Assembly (NCBI GenBank): GCA_046331155.1
Contig: JAXLRK010000001.1
Span: forward strand, 346,301 to 410,300
DNA length: 64,000 nucleotides
DNA from: Acidimicrobiia bacterium
GTDB taxonomy: Bacteria; Actinomycetota; Acidimicrobiia; IMCC26256; CAWATG01
Direction of reading: 5' to 3'
The translations under genes were made by a program, and so were the position numbers. This document shows, in pieces, positions 62,938 to 64,000 of the stretch. Position 1 is the stretch's first letter; each line of letters starts with the position of its first letter. Under the pieces are notes generated by a model that worked only from the letters and a program-made list of their open reading frames with translations, made no database searches and was not told where the DNA came from.

Positions 62938-64000
62938 TCAGGCCGGGGCGTCGAGCCAGACGACGACGCCTTCCCAGGATTCGAGGACGAGGCGGCCGTC
63001 CACCCGCTCGGTGTCGCGAGCGCGGCGGGTGCCGACTCGGATGCGACCGTCGATCCCGCCCATCACGGCAGCCTCGTCGGAACCGTTGATTGCCACGACG
63101 ACCCTCTCGCCCCGTCGCCACGCCCAGACGCCGTCCGGTCCCTCGACCCGCTGGTACGAGCCGTGGCGCAACTGCGGAATGGCGGCCCGCAGGCCGATGA
63201 GGTCGCGCACGAGCGACAGATTCGACCCGTGGTCGTGGCGTTGGTCCTCCACGTTGCGGGCGGCGATGTCGCCGAACGGGAGCCACGGCGTGACACCCGG
63301 CGCCGTGAACCCGGCGCCGTCCCGCCCGTGCCACGGCATCGGCGTACGTTCCGGATCGCGCCCGTAGATCGGATGCATCGCGATCCCGACCGGGTCGCGG
63401 AGCTGCTCGACCGGCACGTCGGTATCGGCCATCCCGAGCTCGTCGCCGTAGTAGAGGAACGGCGTGCCGCGCAGCGTGAGCAGCATCATCAACGCGCAGC
63501 GTGTCCTGCGATCGTCGTTGCCGCCCCAGCGCGTCGGGAATCGATAGGTGTCGTGGTTCCCGGCGGTCCAGACGGGCCACGCTCCCGCAGGAAGCGCGGC
63601 CTCCGTCGCCTCGACGACATCGCGCAGGGCCCCGAGCCCGAACTCGGAGAACAGGAAGGGGAAGTTGAACGCCAGGTTCAGCTCGTCGTTCGCGCCGTAG
63701 AACGACACGAGCTCGTCGGTACCGAACACGTGCGTCTCGCCCACGAGGATCCGGGGCGGGTCGTACGAATCGGCGACGCGCCGCCACCGCCGGATGACGT
63801 CGTGGACCTCGGGTCGGCACGAGTTGTAGGTCTGCCGCTGACCGCGCAGCTGGACGAACCAGTGGTCGTCGGGTGTGGTCGGCGGGTTGTCGCGCAGCTC
63901 CCGGTCCTTCACGACCATGTGGACGACGTCGATCCGGAACCCCGCGATCCCCCGGTCGAACCAGAAGCGAAGGATCCGATCGAACTCGGTGCGGACCTCC
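62938..64000 (-). CDS. glycoside hydrolase family 13 (alpha-amylase/alpha-glucosidase/trehalose-synthase-like), C-terminal part; N-terminus beyond the window
   Basis: The frame stays open to the window edge. GFRIDVVHMV (GH13 region II) and FLYYGDELGM (region IV) are present. Confidence 0.85.
   Translation of the reverse strand, partial: EVRTEFDRILRFWFDRGIAGFRIDVVHMVVKDRELRDNPPTTPDDHWFVQLRGQRQTYNSCRPEVHDVIRRWRRVADSYDPPRILVGETHVFGTDELVSFYGANDELNLAFNFPFLFSEFGLGALRDVVEATEAALPAGAWPVWTAGNHDTYRFPTRWGGNDDRRTRCALMMLLTLRGTPFLYYGDELGMADTDVPVEQLRDPVGIAMHPIYGRDPERTPMPWHGRDGAGFTAPGVTPWLPFGDIAARNVEDQRHDHGSNLSLVRDLIGLRAAIPQLRHGSYQRVEGPDGVWAWRRGERVVVAINGSDEAAVMGGIDGRIRVGTRRARDTERVDGRLVLESWEGVVVWLDAPA

Noticed and set aside
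1-64000. Searched for transposases, integrases, rRNA and phage genes
   Set aside because: None recognisable in any frame. The accessory regions appear to be old or degraded insertions, not active mobile elements.

Overview
High-GC (about 70%) actinobacterial-type chromosomal window, densely coding on both strands. The ORF track contains many spurious antisense ORFs typical of high-GC DNA; the calls below are genes whose translated sequence I recognise or whose context supports them. No rRNA, CRISPR array or transposase was seen. Conserved core genes: partial metX; recR-ybaB-dnaX with an SRP RNA upstream; tadA followed by a tRNA-Ser; metF; a divergent copA / csoR-copZ copper module; an F420-type FrhB-like protein; the SCO1664/DUF3090/phosphomutase triad; gmd; a nitronate monooxygenase; purE; a MacB-type ABC exporter; lgt; a Nei/Fpg glycosylase; an Rpf-like transglycosylase; a flotillin; two tandem NirJ/AhbC/AhbD-like radical SAM/SPASM proteins plus a hemerythrin-like protein; a convergent ferredoxin-SCP2-HyuB-amidohydrolase-diiron oxygenase-SDR operon; a secreted PIG-L deacetylase fusion; a GGDEF cyclase; a GT39 plus Ppm1-like glycosylation pair; an EEP nuclease; an M90 peptidase; a CoA transferase; a 990-aa AAA-LuxR regulator; a 2-hydroxyacid dehydrogenase; and a partial GH13 gene. 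Four tRNAs are present: Ser-GGA, Ser-CGA, Arg-ACG and Ser-GCT. Accessory or unusual content: a roughly 5.7 kb islet bounded by the two tRNA-Ser genes that carries two MazEF-like toxin-antitoxin modules, a lower-GC Lys-rich unknown gene and a decayed hydrolase; a decayed phosphotransferase fragment beside tRNA-Arg; several tandem repeats (2x68 bp, 7x13 bp, 3x63 bp, 4x24 bp in-frame); and a structured repeat family flanking dnaX. Coordinates taken from my own base counting may be off by 1-2 nt in places; CDS ends are anchored to the supplied ORF track.
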